This document shows, in pieces, positions 12,606 through 27,211 of a DNA stretch of 64,000 bases (its first letter is position 1; each line of letters opens with the position of its first letter). Below the pieces are notes generated by a model, which saw nothing but the letters and a program-made list of their open reading frames with translations, was not told the DNA's origin and ran no database searches. Position numbers and translations under genes: made by a program. The stretch lies in the NCBI RefSeq assembly GCF_009914755.1, contig NC_060941.1, one strand, 5' to 3'. Origin of the DNA: the human T2T-CHM13v2.0 reference genome, Homo sapiens.

Positions 12606-12871
12606 AATATCTTCCCAATATAATGTTAATTTAATCTGACAGAACTATCTCAAAAATTTTTGCAGTACAATTGCGTAGTAAGACTAGCGCTATAAGGTAG
12701 GAACGTATGTGTCCCTATAGAGCCGTCATTGGTGTTTGTATGAGATGATGATGTACAAGGCATTGTTGCTATAGCCAACTCCTTCAAAATAACCCAGTAA
12801 GACAAAAGTTAAGTTGTTGTTTGCTCATTGTTAAATGTAGCTGAAACATGAAATGTGCATATAATAATGGT

Positions 12872-13560
12872 TATTCGTTCATTAGACAAGTATTTATTGA
12901 GCAGGTACTATATGCCAGGCACTGTTCAAAGCACTTAAGTATCATCATTAATAAACAAAACAAAGATTCCCATTCTCATGTAGTTTACATTATTGCTGGG
13001 AAAAGTAATGTTAGTAAGTAATGTTACCCAGGCTGGTAATTTATAAGTAATTTATATACTATGCTAGAAGGTGGTGTATGCTATGGAAAAAAGGAAAAGG
13101 GGGATCATGAATATCTGAAGGAAGATAATAGAAACGTTGTTGAAGCTAAGCATATTATTTTAGTGATATCTGTTAAGCATTAAGAAAGCAAAACAGTGAG
13201 GAGGAGGAGGATCGTGCCAAACGGATTATGAAATCTAAGTAGGACCAGTCTGGAATTTAGTTCTACATTGAGTATCATGTGCAGGGCACTCTGATTTACT
13301 CTGAAGTGGTAGAGTAATGAAAGATGAATTGGGCATTTCTTTCTTGTTCTCAAGAACCTACTACAATCAGTGAAGGAAGGCAGACATGTAAACACCTACC
13401 TGAATAACACAAATTCTAAACAGCAGTATATATTTATGTGGTTGCTGAGAAGGAGAACCAATTAATTCTGACTGGGAGATTGATTAGGAAAGCAAGGAAA
13501 GTGCAGCCTAAGCAAAGTTTTGGCAAAGGGAAAGATAAGTTTGACGCAGTTTGACCAAGC
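12872..13560 (-). mobile_element. L2 3' fragments
   Basis: cattagacaagtatttattgagcaggtactatatgccaggcactgtt, and a second diverged piece near 13280-13560. Confidence 0.65.
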
Positions 13561-15012
13561 CTTTTTATCAGAAAATGATATACAAATGGAAAAGATCCAA
13601 ATGACTGTGAGGAAGAGTACAACTAGGTACAACTAGAAGAACAAAGGGAAACACCTAACAGAAGTTTGTGTCTCCTGGCTGATCTTTCCAATATTTGTCT
13701 CATATGCCTTTAAATAATCTATTTGAAAGGAGAAGAATTTTGAAAATGATGAAGCAAAGAGAAACTAAAAGAGGACTAGGGACAATGATTAATAAGAAAA
13801 AAAGGCAGTGGAAAATGATAGATTCAGATAACACCAACCATAATTTTATTGTAGTCCCAGATTAAAGCCATAGTTCCCCATTTACTGATTGGAAAGCTGT
13901 CTAAGCCCAACATCAGGACCCCAGAGCTATTGCATTTGATATTGAATATCGCTGCTTTTTTTTAAGGTCATTGTACTTCTATTTGGATTTTTGAAGGAAT
14001 GAACTATTCACTCAGTTCAGTGATGGCAATATTTGTCTTTTTCTTCTAGTGTCATTTGTCTGAAATTGAGAAATGTGCTCATGCCAAAGCATATTTACTA
14101 TATTTCTTGGTTTTGTGAAATAAATCAAGGCGATAGAATAGTGATGTTCATCTTCCTAGGTATTTCAATAGTAAAGATTAGCTTAACTTGTTAAAACCAC
14201 ACTAAACATTGATATTTTACAAACCACCAGCTTTTATTTAAATATAAGAAGTTAAACGTGAGAAACTAAACCTGTGGCTAAAAGTACTTGCCAGAAGATT
14301 TTTTGATACAAAAATTAAAATGAATTACATGACTATTATTTAATTGGAATATGTACTCCACAGTATAAGATCTCTCATAGTTTAATCTTTAAAATATTAG
14401 ATGAGTATAATTTTTTAAAAATATATCTGTATTAGGCTTCTTTCTTTTTAATTTTTATGGGTCATAGTATATGTATATATTTATAGGGTGGGTGAGATAT
14501 TTTGATACAGGCATACAATATGTAATAATCACATCAGAGTAAATGGCATAACCATCACCTCAAGCATTGATTATTTTTGTTGCAAACGTTCCAACTATTC
14601 TCTTTTAGTTATTTTTAAATGTACAATATTGTACATTTTGTTGTACAAAATTATTGTTGACTATAGCCCACCCTGTTTTGCTGTCAAATACTAGATCTTA
14701 TTCATTCTGTCAAACTATATTTTTGTACCTTTTGACCATCCCCACTACCCCCACCCCAGCGACCCTTCCCAGCCTCTGGTAACCATCATTCTACTCTCTG
14801 TCTCCATGAGTTCAGTTATTTTAATTTTTAGCTCTCACATATGACTGAGAACATACAAAGTTTGTCTTTCTGTGCCTGGCTTATTTCACTTAACATAATG
14901 ACCTCTGGTTCTATCCATGTTGCTGGCAATGACAGGATCTTACTCTTTTTTATGTCTGAATAGTACTTCATTGTGTGTATGTACCACATTTTTTTTTACC
15001 TAGTCGTCTGTT

Positions 15013-15086
15013 TTTTGTTCTGTTGTGTTTTGGTTTTTTTGGAAGGAGTCTCGCTCTGTTGCCCAGGCTGGAGTGCAGTGGTGCAA
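15013..15086 (-). mobile_element. Extremely 5'-truncated Alu (~46 bp plus tail)
   Basis: ggagtctcgctctgttgcccaggctggagtgcagtggtgcaa; TSD ttacc(t/c)agtc(g/t)tctgtt at 14996-15012 and 15087-15103. Confidence 0.85.
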
Positions 15087-15827
15087 TTACCCAGTCTTCT
15101 GTTGATGGACACTTAGGTTTCTTCCAAATCTTGGCTATCCTGAATAGTGCTGCAACAAACATGGAACTGCAGATACTAATTTTCCTTCTTTGGGGTATAT
15201 ACCTAGCAGTGGATCATATAGTAGTACTATTTTCAATTTTTTGAGTAACCTCTGTACCATTTTCCATAGTGGCTGACCTAATTTACATTCCTACTGACAG
15301 TGAACAAGGGTTCCCTTTTCTCCACATCTTTGCCAGCATTCATTATTGCTTGTCTCTTGGATAAAAGCCATTTGATAATATCTCGCTGAAGTTTTGATTT
15401 GCATTTCTCTGATGTCAGTGATGTTTAGCACCTTTTCATATGCCTGTTTGCCATTTGTATGTCTTGTGAGAAATGTCTATTTTTGCCCATTTTAAAATTG
15501 TGTTACTAGATTTTTTTCCTATAGAGTTATTTGAGCTCCTTATACATTCTGCTTATTAATCCCTTGACAGATGGATAGTTTGCACATATTTTCTCCCATT
15601 CTGTGGGTTGTCTCTTCACTTTGTTGATTGTTTCCTCCCTTGTACAAAGCTTTTTAACTTGATATGATCCTATTTGTTCATTTTTGTTTGGGCTGCCTGC
15701 CCTTTTAGGGTATTACCGAAGAAACCTTTGCCCAGACCAGGGTTCTGAAAAATTTCTTCAGTGTTTTACTTTAACAGTTTCATAGTTTGGGGTCTTAAAC
15801 TTAAGTTTTTAATCCATTTTTATTTGA

Positions 15828-16163
15828 TTTTTGGTTTTGGGTTTTTTTGACATAGGATCTCGCTCTGTCACCCAGGCTGGAATGCAGTGGCACAATTATG
15901 GCTCACTGCAGCTTTGACCTCCCTGGACCTCAACTTCAAGTGATTCTCCCACCTCAGACCTCGAGTAGCTGGAACTATAGGTGTGTGCCACCCACACCCA
16001 ACTAATTTTTGGTTTGAGGGTTTTTGTTGTTGTTGTTGTTGTTTTTGGTAGAGACAGGTTTTCACCATGTTATGCAGGCTGGTCTCAAACTCCTGGGCTC
16101 AAGCAGTCAGCCTGCCTCGGTCTCCCAAAGTGCTGGGATTACAAGCATGAGCACTGTGCCTGC
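15828..16163 (-). mobile_element. AluJ in L1
   Basis: Full dimer with the AluJ-type ctcctgggctcaagc; no TSD seen. Confidence 0.88.
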
Positions 16164-17271
16164 TGCTTGGGATGGCTTTGGCTATTTGGGGTCTTTTGTG
16201 GTTTCATATAAATTTTAGGATTAGTTTTTCTATTTCTATAAAGAATGTGATTATTATTTTGATAGGATTGCTTTGAATCTGTAGATTGCTTTTGGTAGTA
16301 TGGACATTTTAATAATATTGATTGATTCCAGTCAATGAACATGAAATGTCTTTCCCTTCCTTTGTGTCCTCTTTAATTTCTTACATTATTGTTTTTTAGT
16401 TGTAGAGATCTTTCACTATTCTACTTAAATGTATTCCTAGTTATTTTATTTGTGGCTATCATAAATGAGATTACTTTCTTGATTTCTTTTTCATCTTGGT
16501 GGCTGTTGGCACATAGAAATGCTACTGTGTTTTGAATGTTGATTTTGTATCCTGCTACTTTACTGAATTTGTTTATTAGTTCTGTTTTTTTGTAAAATCT
16601 TTGGGTTTTTTAAAATATAAGATCATATCATCTGCAAACAAAAATAATTTGACTTCTTCCTTTCCAGTTTGGATGCCCTATATTTCTTTCTCTTGTCTGA
16701 TTGCTCTAGCTGGGACTTCCAGAACTATGTTGAATAACAGTTGTGAAAGTGGGCATCCTTGTCTTGTTCTAGTTCTTGGAGGAAAGGCTTTTAGTTTTTC
16801 CCCATTCAGTATGATACTAGCTATGAGTCTGTCGTATATGTCTTTTATTGTGTTTAGGTATGTTCCTTCTGTACCCAGTTTTTTTAGGATTTTTATCATG
16901 AAGGGATGTTGAACTTTAGCAAATGCTTTTTCAGCATGAATTGAAATGATTGTATTATTTTTGTCCTTCATTCTATTGATATGGTGTAGCACATTGATTG
17001 ATTTGTGTGTGTTGAACCATCCTTGCATCCCTGGGTTAAATCCCACTTGGTCATGGTGAATGATCTTTTTAATGTGTTGTTGAATTTGTTTTGCTAGTAT
17101 TTTGTTGAGGATTTTTGCATCAGTGTTCATCAGGAATATTGGCCTGTGGTTTTCTTGTTTTCATGGGTCTTCATTTGGTTTTAGAATCAGTGTAATCTAG
17201 AATCATAGAATGAGTTTGGAAATACTCTCCTCCTCTACTTTTTTGAATAGTTTGAGTAGGATTGGGAATAG

Positions 17272-17605
<334 letters not shown>

Positions 17606-18112
17606 GGCAGTAGTTCTTTTTTAAATGTTTGGTAGAATCCAGCGGTGATGCCATTGGATCCTGGGCTTTTCTTTGCTGGGAGACTTTTTATTATGGTTTT
17701 GATCTCATTACTTTGTCTATTCAAGTTTTGCATTTCTTCATAGTTCAGTCTTGGTAAGTTGTGTATGTTGAGGAATTTATCCATTTCTTCAAGGTTTTCC
17801 AATTGATTGGTATATAGTTGCTCATAGTAGTCTCTAATGATCCTTTGAATTTCTGTGGTATCAGTTGTAATGTCGTTTTCATCTCTGATTTCAATTTATT
17901 TGGGTCTTCTCTCTTTTTTTCTTAGTCTGGCTAAAAGTTTGTCAATTTTATCTTCTCCAAAAAAAACTTTTCATTTCATTGATCTTTTGTATTTTTTGTT
18001 TCAATTTCATTTATTTCTGCTCTAATCTTTATTTCTTTCCTTCTACTAAGTTTGGGTTTAGTTTACTGTTTACTTTGTTCTTTAAGAAGCATCATTAAGT
18101 TGTTTATTTGAC

Positions 18113-18422
<310 letters not shown>

Positions 18423-18964
18423 TCTACCTTTTTTATGTAGGCACTTATTGCTGTAAATTTTCCTCTTAATACTGCTTTCACTGTATCCTATAGGTGTTCC
18501 ATACTAGTTCTGTTTCCATTTTAATTTGTTTCAAGAAATCTGTTAATTTCCTTCTTAACTTCTTCATTGACCCACTGATCATGAGGAGCATATTGTTTAA
18601 TTTCCATGTGTTTGTATAGTATCCAGAGTTCCTCTTGTTACTCATGTCTAGTTTTATTCCATTGTGGTCATAGAAGTTAATTCATATGATTTTTTTTAAT
18701 TCTTTAGTACTTGGTCTGTGACCTAACATATGGTCTGCCCTTGAGAATGATCCATGTGCTGAAAAGAAGAATGTCTATTCTGCAGCCATTGGATGAAATG
18801 TTCTGTAAATATCTATTAGATCCATTTGGTCTATAATGCAGATTAAGTCGAATGTTTCTTTTGATTTTCTGTCTGGATGATCTGTCCAATGCTGACAGTG
18901 GGGTGTTGAGGTCTCCAGCTATTATTGTATTCAAATCTGTCTATCTCTTTAGCTCTAATAATAA

Positions 18965-19026
18965 TTGGGTGCTCCAGTGTTAGGTGCATATGTATTTGGG
19001 TGCTCCAGTGTTGGGTGCATATATAT
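18965..19026 (+). repeat. 31-bp tandem duplication inside L1
   Basis: ttgggtgctccagtgtt(a/g)ggtgcatat(g/a)tat twice, 2 mismatches. Confidence 0.9.
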
Positions 19027-19571
19027 TTACAGTTGTTATATCCTCTTGCTGAATTGAGCCCTTTATCATTATGTAGTGACTTTCTTTGTCTCTTTTTATA
19101 ATTTTTGTCTTGAAATCTATTTTGTCTGATATAACTATAGCTACTCCTATTCTTTTTTTATTTCCATTTACATGGAATATCTTTTTTATCCCATTATTTT
19201 CAGTCTGTATATGTCTTTGTAGGTTAAGTGTGTTTCTTGTAGGCCACAGATAATTGGGTCTTGTTTTTTGTTTGGTTGGTTGGTTGGTATTTTTTTTTTT
19301 TTTTGGTCCATTCAGCCACGCTGTGTCTTTTGATTGCAGAGTTTATTCCATTTACGTTCAAGGTTGTTATTGATGAGGAAAGACTTACTCCTGCCATTTT
19401 GTTATTTTTTTTCTCATTGTTTTGTGTTCTTCTTTATTTCCTTCCTGCCCTCCTTGTTGTGAACGTGATTTTTTTCTGGCAGTATGTTTTAATTTCTTGC
19501 TTTTTATTTTTTGTGTATCTGTTGTTGGCTTTTTGGTTTGAGATTACCGTGAAGCTTGCATATAACATCTG

Positions 19572-19873
19572 GTTTCGGTTTTTGTTTTTGAGATAGGGTC
19601 TCACTTTGTTACCCAGGGTGGAGTGCAGTGGCGTGTTCTTAGCTCACTGCAACCCCCACCTCCTGGGCTCAAGTGATCCTCCCACCTCAGCCTCTCTAGT
19701 AACTGAGATAACAGGTGCACACCACCATGCTCAGCTAATTTTTTGTAGTGTTTTGTAGAGATGGGGTTTTGCCATGTTGCCCAGGCTGGTCTTGAGCTCC
19801 TAAGCTCAAGCAGTCCACCTGCCCTGGCCTCCCAAAGTGCTGGGATTACAGGTGTGAGCCACCGCACCCAGCC
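19572..19873 (-). mobile_element. AluJ
   Basis: Full dimer; partial TSD taacatct. Confidence 0.88.
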
Positions 19874-22374
19874 ACAGGTAACATCTTATAACCCATTTAT
19901 TTCAAACTGATAACAACTTAACACTGATGGCAAAAACAAACCAACTAATAAGCAAAGAGAAAACTAATAAAAACTCTCTACACTTTAACTTCATCTCCCC
20001 TGCTTTTTAACTTTGTATTGTTTCTATTTATATCTTATACTATCTATGTCTTGAAAAGTAGTTATTATATTTGATAGGTTCAACTTTTAGGCTTTCTACT
20101 CAAGATATGAGTAGTTTATAAATCACAATTACAGTGGTCTGTGAACTATACTGTTACAGTGAGTTTTGTACCTAAGATAATTTCTTATTGCTCATTAATG
20201 TCCGTTTCTTTCAGATTGAAGAACTCTGGTTAGCATTTCTTGTAGCACAGGTCTGATGTTAATTAAATCTCTTAGCTTTTGTTTGTCTGGGAGAGCCTTT
20301 GTTTCTCCTTCATGTTTGAAGGATGTTTTCCCTGGATACGCTATTCTACAATAGAATTTTTTTTCTCATCAGCACTTTAAATATGTCATGCCATTCTTTA
20401 CTGGCCTGTAAGGTTTCCACTGAGAAGTCTGTTGCCAGATGTAGTGGAGCTCCTTTGTATGTTGTTTCTTTTCTTTTGTTCCTTTTAGGATCCTTTCTTT
20501 ATCCTTCACCTTTGGGAAAAAGTACCTTGAGATAGTCTTATTTGGGTTAAATCTGCTTGGTGTTCTATTAGCTTCTTTTACTTGAATGTTAATATATTTC
20601 TCTTAGTTCTCTGTTATTCTCCCTTTGAATAAACATTCTACCCCAGTCTCTGTCTCCTCTTTAATGCCCAAGGCAGATCCAGAAATGCTGTCCAGGAGCC
20701 AGGGCCTGGAGTCAGGAACCTTGAAATCTACTTGGTGTTCCATACTAGTGCAGTGGAGCGGGCACCAAAGCCACAAGATAAAGTCCTTCCCACTCTTCCT
20801 CACCTTCCATCGTGTAGAAGGAGTCTCAACACCCCAGGCCCATGGCAAGTACTGCCTGGCTACTGCTAATGTTCACTCAAGGCCCAAGAGCTCTTCATTC
20901 AGCTTGTGGTGAATGCTGCTAGGCCTGGGTCTCTCCTTTCAGGGTAGGTGGCTCCCCTATGGTCCAAGGCAGGTCCAGAAATGCCATCCAGGAGCCAAGG
21001 CCTGGAATTGGGGAACCCAGAAGCCCTCTTGGTGCTTTACCCCCATGGCCAAGCTGGTACCCTATCTATAATACAAAGCCCCCTTCACTCCTGCCTCTCT
21101 TTTCCTTAAGCAGGAGTCCTCCCTCAAAAAGGGAATACACAGAGTCACACCTAAGGTCAGCATGGCCCTGGGTCTCATCCAAGGCCTGTGGCAAGTGCTG
21201 TGTGAGTACTGCTGATGTTGATTCAAGGCTCAAGGGCTCTATAATCAACAAATAATGAATCCTGCCAGTACTGGGTCCTTCCTTTCAAGGTAGCAGGTTC
21301 CCTTCTGGCACGGGGTATGTCTAGAAAAGTCTTCTGGGAGCTAGGGCCCGAAATAGGGGCCCCAGAACTCTTCCTGCGGCCCTATTCTACTGTGGCTAAG
21401 CTGGTATCCAAGTTCCAAGACAAAGTCCTCTTTACTGTCTCCTCTCTTCTCCTCAGGTGGAAGGAAGGCATCTCCCAGAGCTGTGAGCTGCACTGCTTGG
21501 GGTTAGTGGAGGGGTGACGTTAGCACTCCCTTGGCCACCCCAGCTGGTGTCTCACTAGGTCACCAGCACCCAAAGTTTTAATATGATGTTAAAACCAGGT
21601 ACTAGGATTGCTCACCTGATTTTTGGGTCTTATGAAGGTGCTTTCTTATGTGAATAGTTGTTCAGTTTGGTGTTCCTGCAGGGGGACAGGGAAACAATCG
21701 TTGGAGGGTATTATTTGACTATCTTGTTCCACCTTCCCTCGTAGGCTTTTTTCCCTTAATACAGCATTTTGCTGCACTCCATTTTATACATTTCTATTAT
21801 CATTTTTACTCACTATTAATGAAAAATACATTCTCTTTTAATTAAAACATGTCAAACCATTTTAATGTGAGCCATTTTAATAAACGAACTCTCCTAGAAC
21901 CTTGCTTTGAAATTATATACTGTGCCATTAATATTGCCATAATGGTAACCAGAAATTTCTGTCGCTCACCCAGCTGTTAAGATTTTATTTGAATTTTGCT
22001 TTAATGTAAATAGAAGATACTTATTTCCATTAATCTTCTTTTCAAATTACTCTTCAGTTTATCAGCTTAAAAAGTACCCTATAATTATTTTTATTTTCTT
22101 ATGAAAAATAGTGTTTTGGGGGCTTTTGTTTGTTTTTTCATTTTGTTTCTTACTGCAGAAAATATTTCAAGCGCAGAGAGCTGTGATTTATTAGTATATG
22201 ATATACAGGGTACATTACTTTGCATTAGCAAGGTCACTATTACTACTCTTTGAAGCCATAAAACAGAATTAAAAGAAAGTGGCGAAGATGAATAAGGAAT
22301 AAAAAATAAGCTTTTAAAAAGAGATTTAAATCTGTTTAGCTTTAAAGTGGGAAGGAAGGAGGCACTCATTGTAC

Positions 22375-22485
22375 TGAGAGTCAGGATACCTGGCTTCATG
22401 GGCTGCTCTACTGCCAGTGACTGAATCACTTTAGACAAGTCACTCCACTGTTTCCTAATCATAAAATGAGAGGATCTGAATAGAT
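22375..22485 (+). mobile_element. MIR fragment
   Basis: gagtcaggatacctggcttc...gacaagtcact...tttcctaatcataaaatgag core. Confidence 0.65.
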
Positions 22486-22690
22486 CAGGATTCAGCAACT
22501 TTTTTATTAAAAGGCAGCTAGTAAGTATTTTAGGCTTTGCAGGCCACATGGCCTATATCACTACTTAGCTCTGATATAAATGATACTGTATTTACATGAA
22601 TAAGCAGGGTTCTGTTCAAGTAAAACTTTATTAACAAAAACAGGTAGCAGGCCATATTTGGTCCACAGATTATCATTTGCTGGTGTTTAT
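22486..22690 (+). mobile_element. MER58A
   Basis: caggattcagcaactttttt...tagtaagtattttaggctttgcaggcca...aaaactttattaacaaaaacagg. Confidence 0.85.
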
Positions 22691-22715
22691 ACTAGGTGAT
22701 CTTTTAAGATTTCTC

Positions 22716-22990
22716 ATCTGGGTGCGATGGCCCACGCCTGTAGTCCCAGCACTTTGGGAGACCAAGGTGGGCTGATTGCTTTGAGCTCAAGAGTTCAAGA
22801 CCAGCCTGGGCAACACAGCGAAACCCTGTCTCTACAAAAAATTAGCCAGGAGTGGTGGTGCACGCCTACTCGGAAGGCTAAGGTAGAATCGCTTGAACCT
22901 GGGAAGCAGAGGTTGCAGTGAGCCAAAATCACACCACTGCACTCTAGCCTGGGTGACAAAATGAGACCCTGTCTCAAAAAAAAAAAAAAA
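22716..22990 (+). mobile_element. Alu (J/S), small internal deletion
   Basis: Dimer with poly(A). Confidence 0.88.
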
Positions 22991-23163
22991 TTTCTTTTGC
23001 ATCTACATTCTGTGATATTGCTTTATTATCAACATCATGTATATGAAAGGGACTGGTGTTCAATTCTTTTCTATCCTGTATCATTTAGGGGCCAGTCAGG
23101 AGACATAAAAGCATACTTATTTTAACAGAATAAGGGTTGAATTTGATAATATAAATAATTGTT

Positions 23164-23475
<312 letters not shown>

Positions 23476-24404
23476 TCATTAACTAGGTTTAAAGAACTGA
23501 AAAGGTAGTAAGAAAACCTTGAGGTATCATGGATTTAACAACTGCAGGAAGTAGTTACCACCTGTGGACCTGAGGAAACAAAAAGAGGCAAGAATTATTA
23601 AACTATACAAGATTGGAAGAAAGGCCTCACAAAGCTGACACTTACATCTCCATGAAGGGGATCCTGCTCAGCTGAGGCTAATACAAGGGCTCCAAGAAGG
23701 GTTCTGTGGAGATTAGACCCAGACCACTAAGAACAAGGCACTGGTCACCCAGTGCCAGTATCTGAAGACGTGAGATGAGGTTAGTCCCGCCTCCCTTGGA
23801 AAAACTGCAAACTAGATTCAACTGCTGCTCCTGGAATGAACTGCCAATGCTTGGCTGAACAAGTAAGACTAGGGTAATGCTGATAGGAACAGGAAGGGGC
23901 AAATTATTTCTCCAGTAACCTTAACAATTAACAAAGTCCACCTTTTTGGCTAACCAGCATCCATACTCACCCTTCTATATTTATTTGAGCTTCCAAACTA
24001 TACATGTTTGAAACTCCAAACATTTTCAGCACAACAAACTCTGTATTTTAACCTAACAAGATGGAAGTATCTTTCATGTAATTGAAGACATATTTACCTC
24101 TCCAAAATGAGGCTAGTTCCAACAGTCACTTTAACTATGTTTAGATGATATAACACTATCCATCTCTGGCTATGTTAATTATTCCTCAAACTCTGACACA
24201 GTCCTATCTGAATGGTTTGTTATCTAAAAACTAAATTGGAAACTTAATTTACATCAAAACTTGTATTTATAAAATAAGGGAAAGGAGGCGAGAAAAAGAA
24301 TAAATTAGTATAACACACACACACATATATAACAAAAGCAAGGAACAAAATATGCATAGCTGCTATAGTCGTCATTTCTGTAGCTAGTTATGAAACTGAG
24401 ATTG

Positions 24405-24702
<298 letters not shown>

Positions 24703-25959
24703 TGATATTTGTAACTTTTTTCATCTACTGCCTATCCCATGTGTCCTTTGCCCTAAGCCAGGACCACATCTAGTCAGGGTTCTTTCCCTGGTAGGATGTC
24801 CTAAGTCTTCATTCTTGATGGGTCTGAATCCCTAGTAGTCCTCTTTTTTTTTTTTTTGGTAGCTACATAGATATCGATAAAGAATCAAACAAAAGAAAAT
24901 AGACTTCAGTTAAAGCAGGAGGCATTGGATTAAACATAAGAAACAACTATGGGCCAGGGCCACCCCCTGCATCTTGGCCTAAACTCCTCTCAACCCCCAA
25001 AAAAGAAAGAAAGAATTCATGGAAACATTAGAACAGCAATAGGGATGGTTTTGTCGTTGTCCCTAATGTTTTAAAATAAGACATTAGATACCTCTTCTGG
25101 GTAGTTTTAACTTCAGAATGCTGAGATAAAGATTTTTTTTAATACTTTTGCTACTCTTTTACTCTCTCTGATGTAAAATGTGGCATCTAACTTCCCTTTC
25201 TTAGTTTAAGTTCCCTAAACTAGCTTTCAAATACTTATTTCTTTATAGAAATTATATCTACAATTTGGATAAATTCCTTTAGCTGGGTTTCCAGTAGACC
25301 TAGATAACTAAGACGGGAAACATAAAGCGTGTGTATTGTTAAGCACATTTTAATCGGCTCTTATCATAGTTGAGCACAGAGAAGAACATTAACGTTATTA
25401 AATGTAAAACTCTATATATTAATAGTGATGAGCTGACTCTGAATTTTCAGCCTGCCAAGAAATCTTTTAAAAAGAGCTTTTACTGCAAATCTTGCTTATT
25501 TAAGATAGAAAAGTAGGATAATTATATATTATAACTAAATGAAGATCAAATAAAAGCAGAGATCTAGAGCAGACAGGACACATCCTGGCAATCTTTATGA
25601 TAACTGGTCCAAAGTGTCAGTAAAATAATTGGGCATTTCAGAGTTATATTATAAAAGTTGGTTCAAACACTTAATTATAAAAATGTCTTTTGAAGCTTAA
25701 AGTACCATAAAATGTGCCAATTATATTTCACAGAATATCACTTTGATTTCTCTGTAAATCAAATCTGAGTTGTTTATTTTTTGTTGTATTTATTCTTGAA
25801 ATTAGCTGATTCTACCTTTTAAACCAAAGAAAGCTAGTGTAATCTACCATGTTATAGAACAGGAAAGAATTTTCCTCTGCCTTTGTAGATGCAGTACAAA
25901 AGAAAGTCAGCAAGCCTGTTCTTGAAACCATACTTTACCCAAACAGCCCTTGGTCCCCT

Positions 25960-26090
25960 TTCAACAAATTAATTTAATAAGCATTTTTGAGCACCTATTT
26001 TATGCCAGGCATAATGCATTTATTGAGAATAGAATGTAAATAAGACATAGTCCCTGCTCGTGTAGAGCTATTAGAATTCTACAGCCTAAG
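25960..26090 (-). mobile_element. L2 3' fragment
   Basis: aagcatttttgagcacctattttatgccaggca...aagacatagtccctgctc. Confidence 0.65.
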
Positions 26091-26119
26091 CCATACTCAG
26101 ATGTTGAAAGATCGACAGG

Positions 26120-26590
26120 TATATCACTCTGCTATTGGTACAATAATGCTGTGTAACAAACTATACGGAAATATAACAGCTCAACATAATCATTTATTTG
26201 TACCCACTCATCTCAGGTTAACTATGGATTGATTGGTCTAGGCAGTTTGGTTAGGTTTGGCTCCAAGCTGGAGACTGGCTCCAGATCTACCTTATTCTAT
26301 CCTCCTTGGACCAGTGGGCTAACTGGACATATTCTTTCATAATGTTGGCAGAACCAAAAAAGACAAGCCCAGTTCTACAAACACATTTTAAATCCTTCCT
26401 TGTATCACATCTACTAATATACCATTAGTTAAAGCAAGTCAAATGATCAAACCCAAAGTCAAGGGCAGGGAAGTGTACTCAACCTCTGATGGGAATTACT
26501 GCAAAATGGGATTCAGGGTCTGGTGGTGAGAACTGCAAAGACAGATGAGAAAGAGCATGTATATAGGAAAGGCTGAAGAACTGGGGGCAG
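26120..26590 (-). mobile_element. Old MaLR LTR (MLT1I/J-like)
   Basis: gctattggtacaataatgctgtgtaacaaac...aaagcaagtcaaatgatcaaacccaaagtcaagggcagggaagtgtactc. Confidence 0.7.
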
Positions 26591-26969
26591 TATTTCAGTT
26601 TGCTCCAGGCATGTTTTGGGGAGCAGCAAATGCAGAGATAACCAGTAGCTCCCTTCCACTGCCTTTTTTGGACTATTATGACCAAGCAAAATGCCAGTAT
26701 CACCAGAGTGTTTCACCTCGCCTTTGCAAGGAGAAACTGGGTTATCATTGTGTCTTGAATGTTGAGAACTTGGATTGAAAGCTTCATTGTAATATTAAAC
26801 TTATTTAATTGAGTAATTTGGGGAGATGGTATAAAGTTAAAAGATTTCTCAACTTTTTGTGTTGAGAAACTACCTATTTTTATAGTAGTGTATATGGAAA
26901 GTAAACTGCTAATAGTGTGTGTGGCTTGCTGGCATTGGAGAGGCACAGGAAAAGAGCAAAGAAGTCATT

Positions 26970-27211
<242 letters not shown>

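Noticed and set aside
12653-12785. 37-codon minus-strand ORF (MPCTSSSHTNTNDGS...) with an upstream AAGGAG
   Set aside because: Too short and unrecognisable; expected by chance, and a Shine-Dalgarno-like word has no meaning in this context.
20666-21570. ~300-bp repeats as a novel satellite or CRISPR-like array
   Set aside because: They are the known tandem 5' UTR units of old L1M elements. I saw no constant repeat/spacer array in the window.
22091-22549. 152-aa minus-strand ORF
   Set aside because: It spans MER58A, MIR and AT-rich DNA, with no recognisable domain or splice context.
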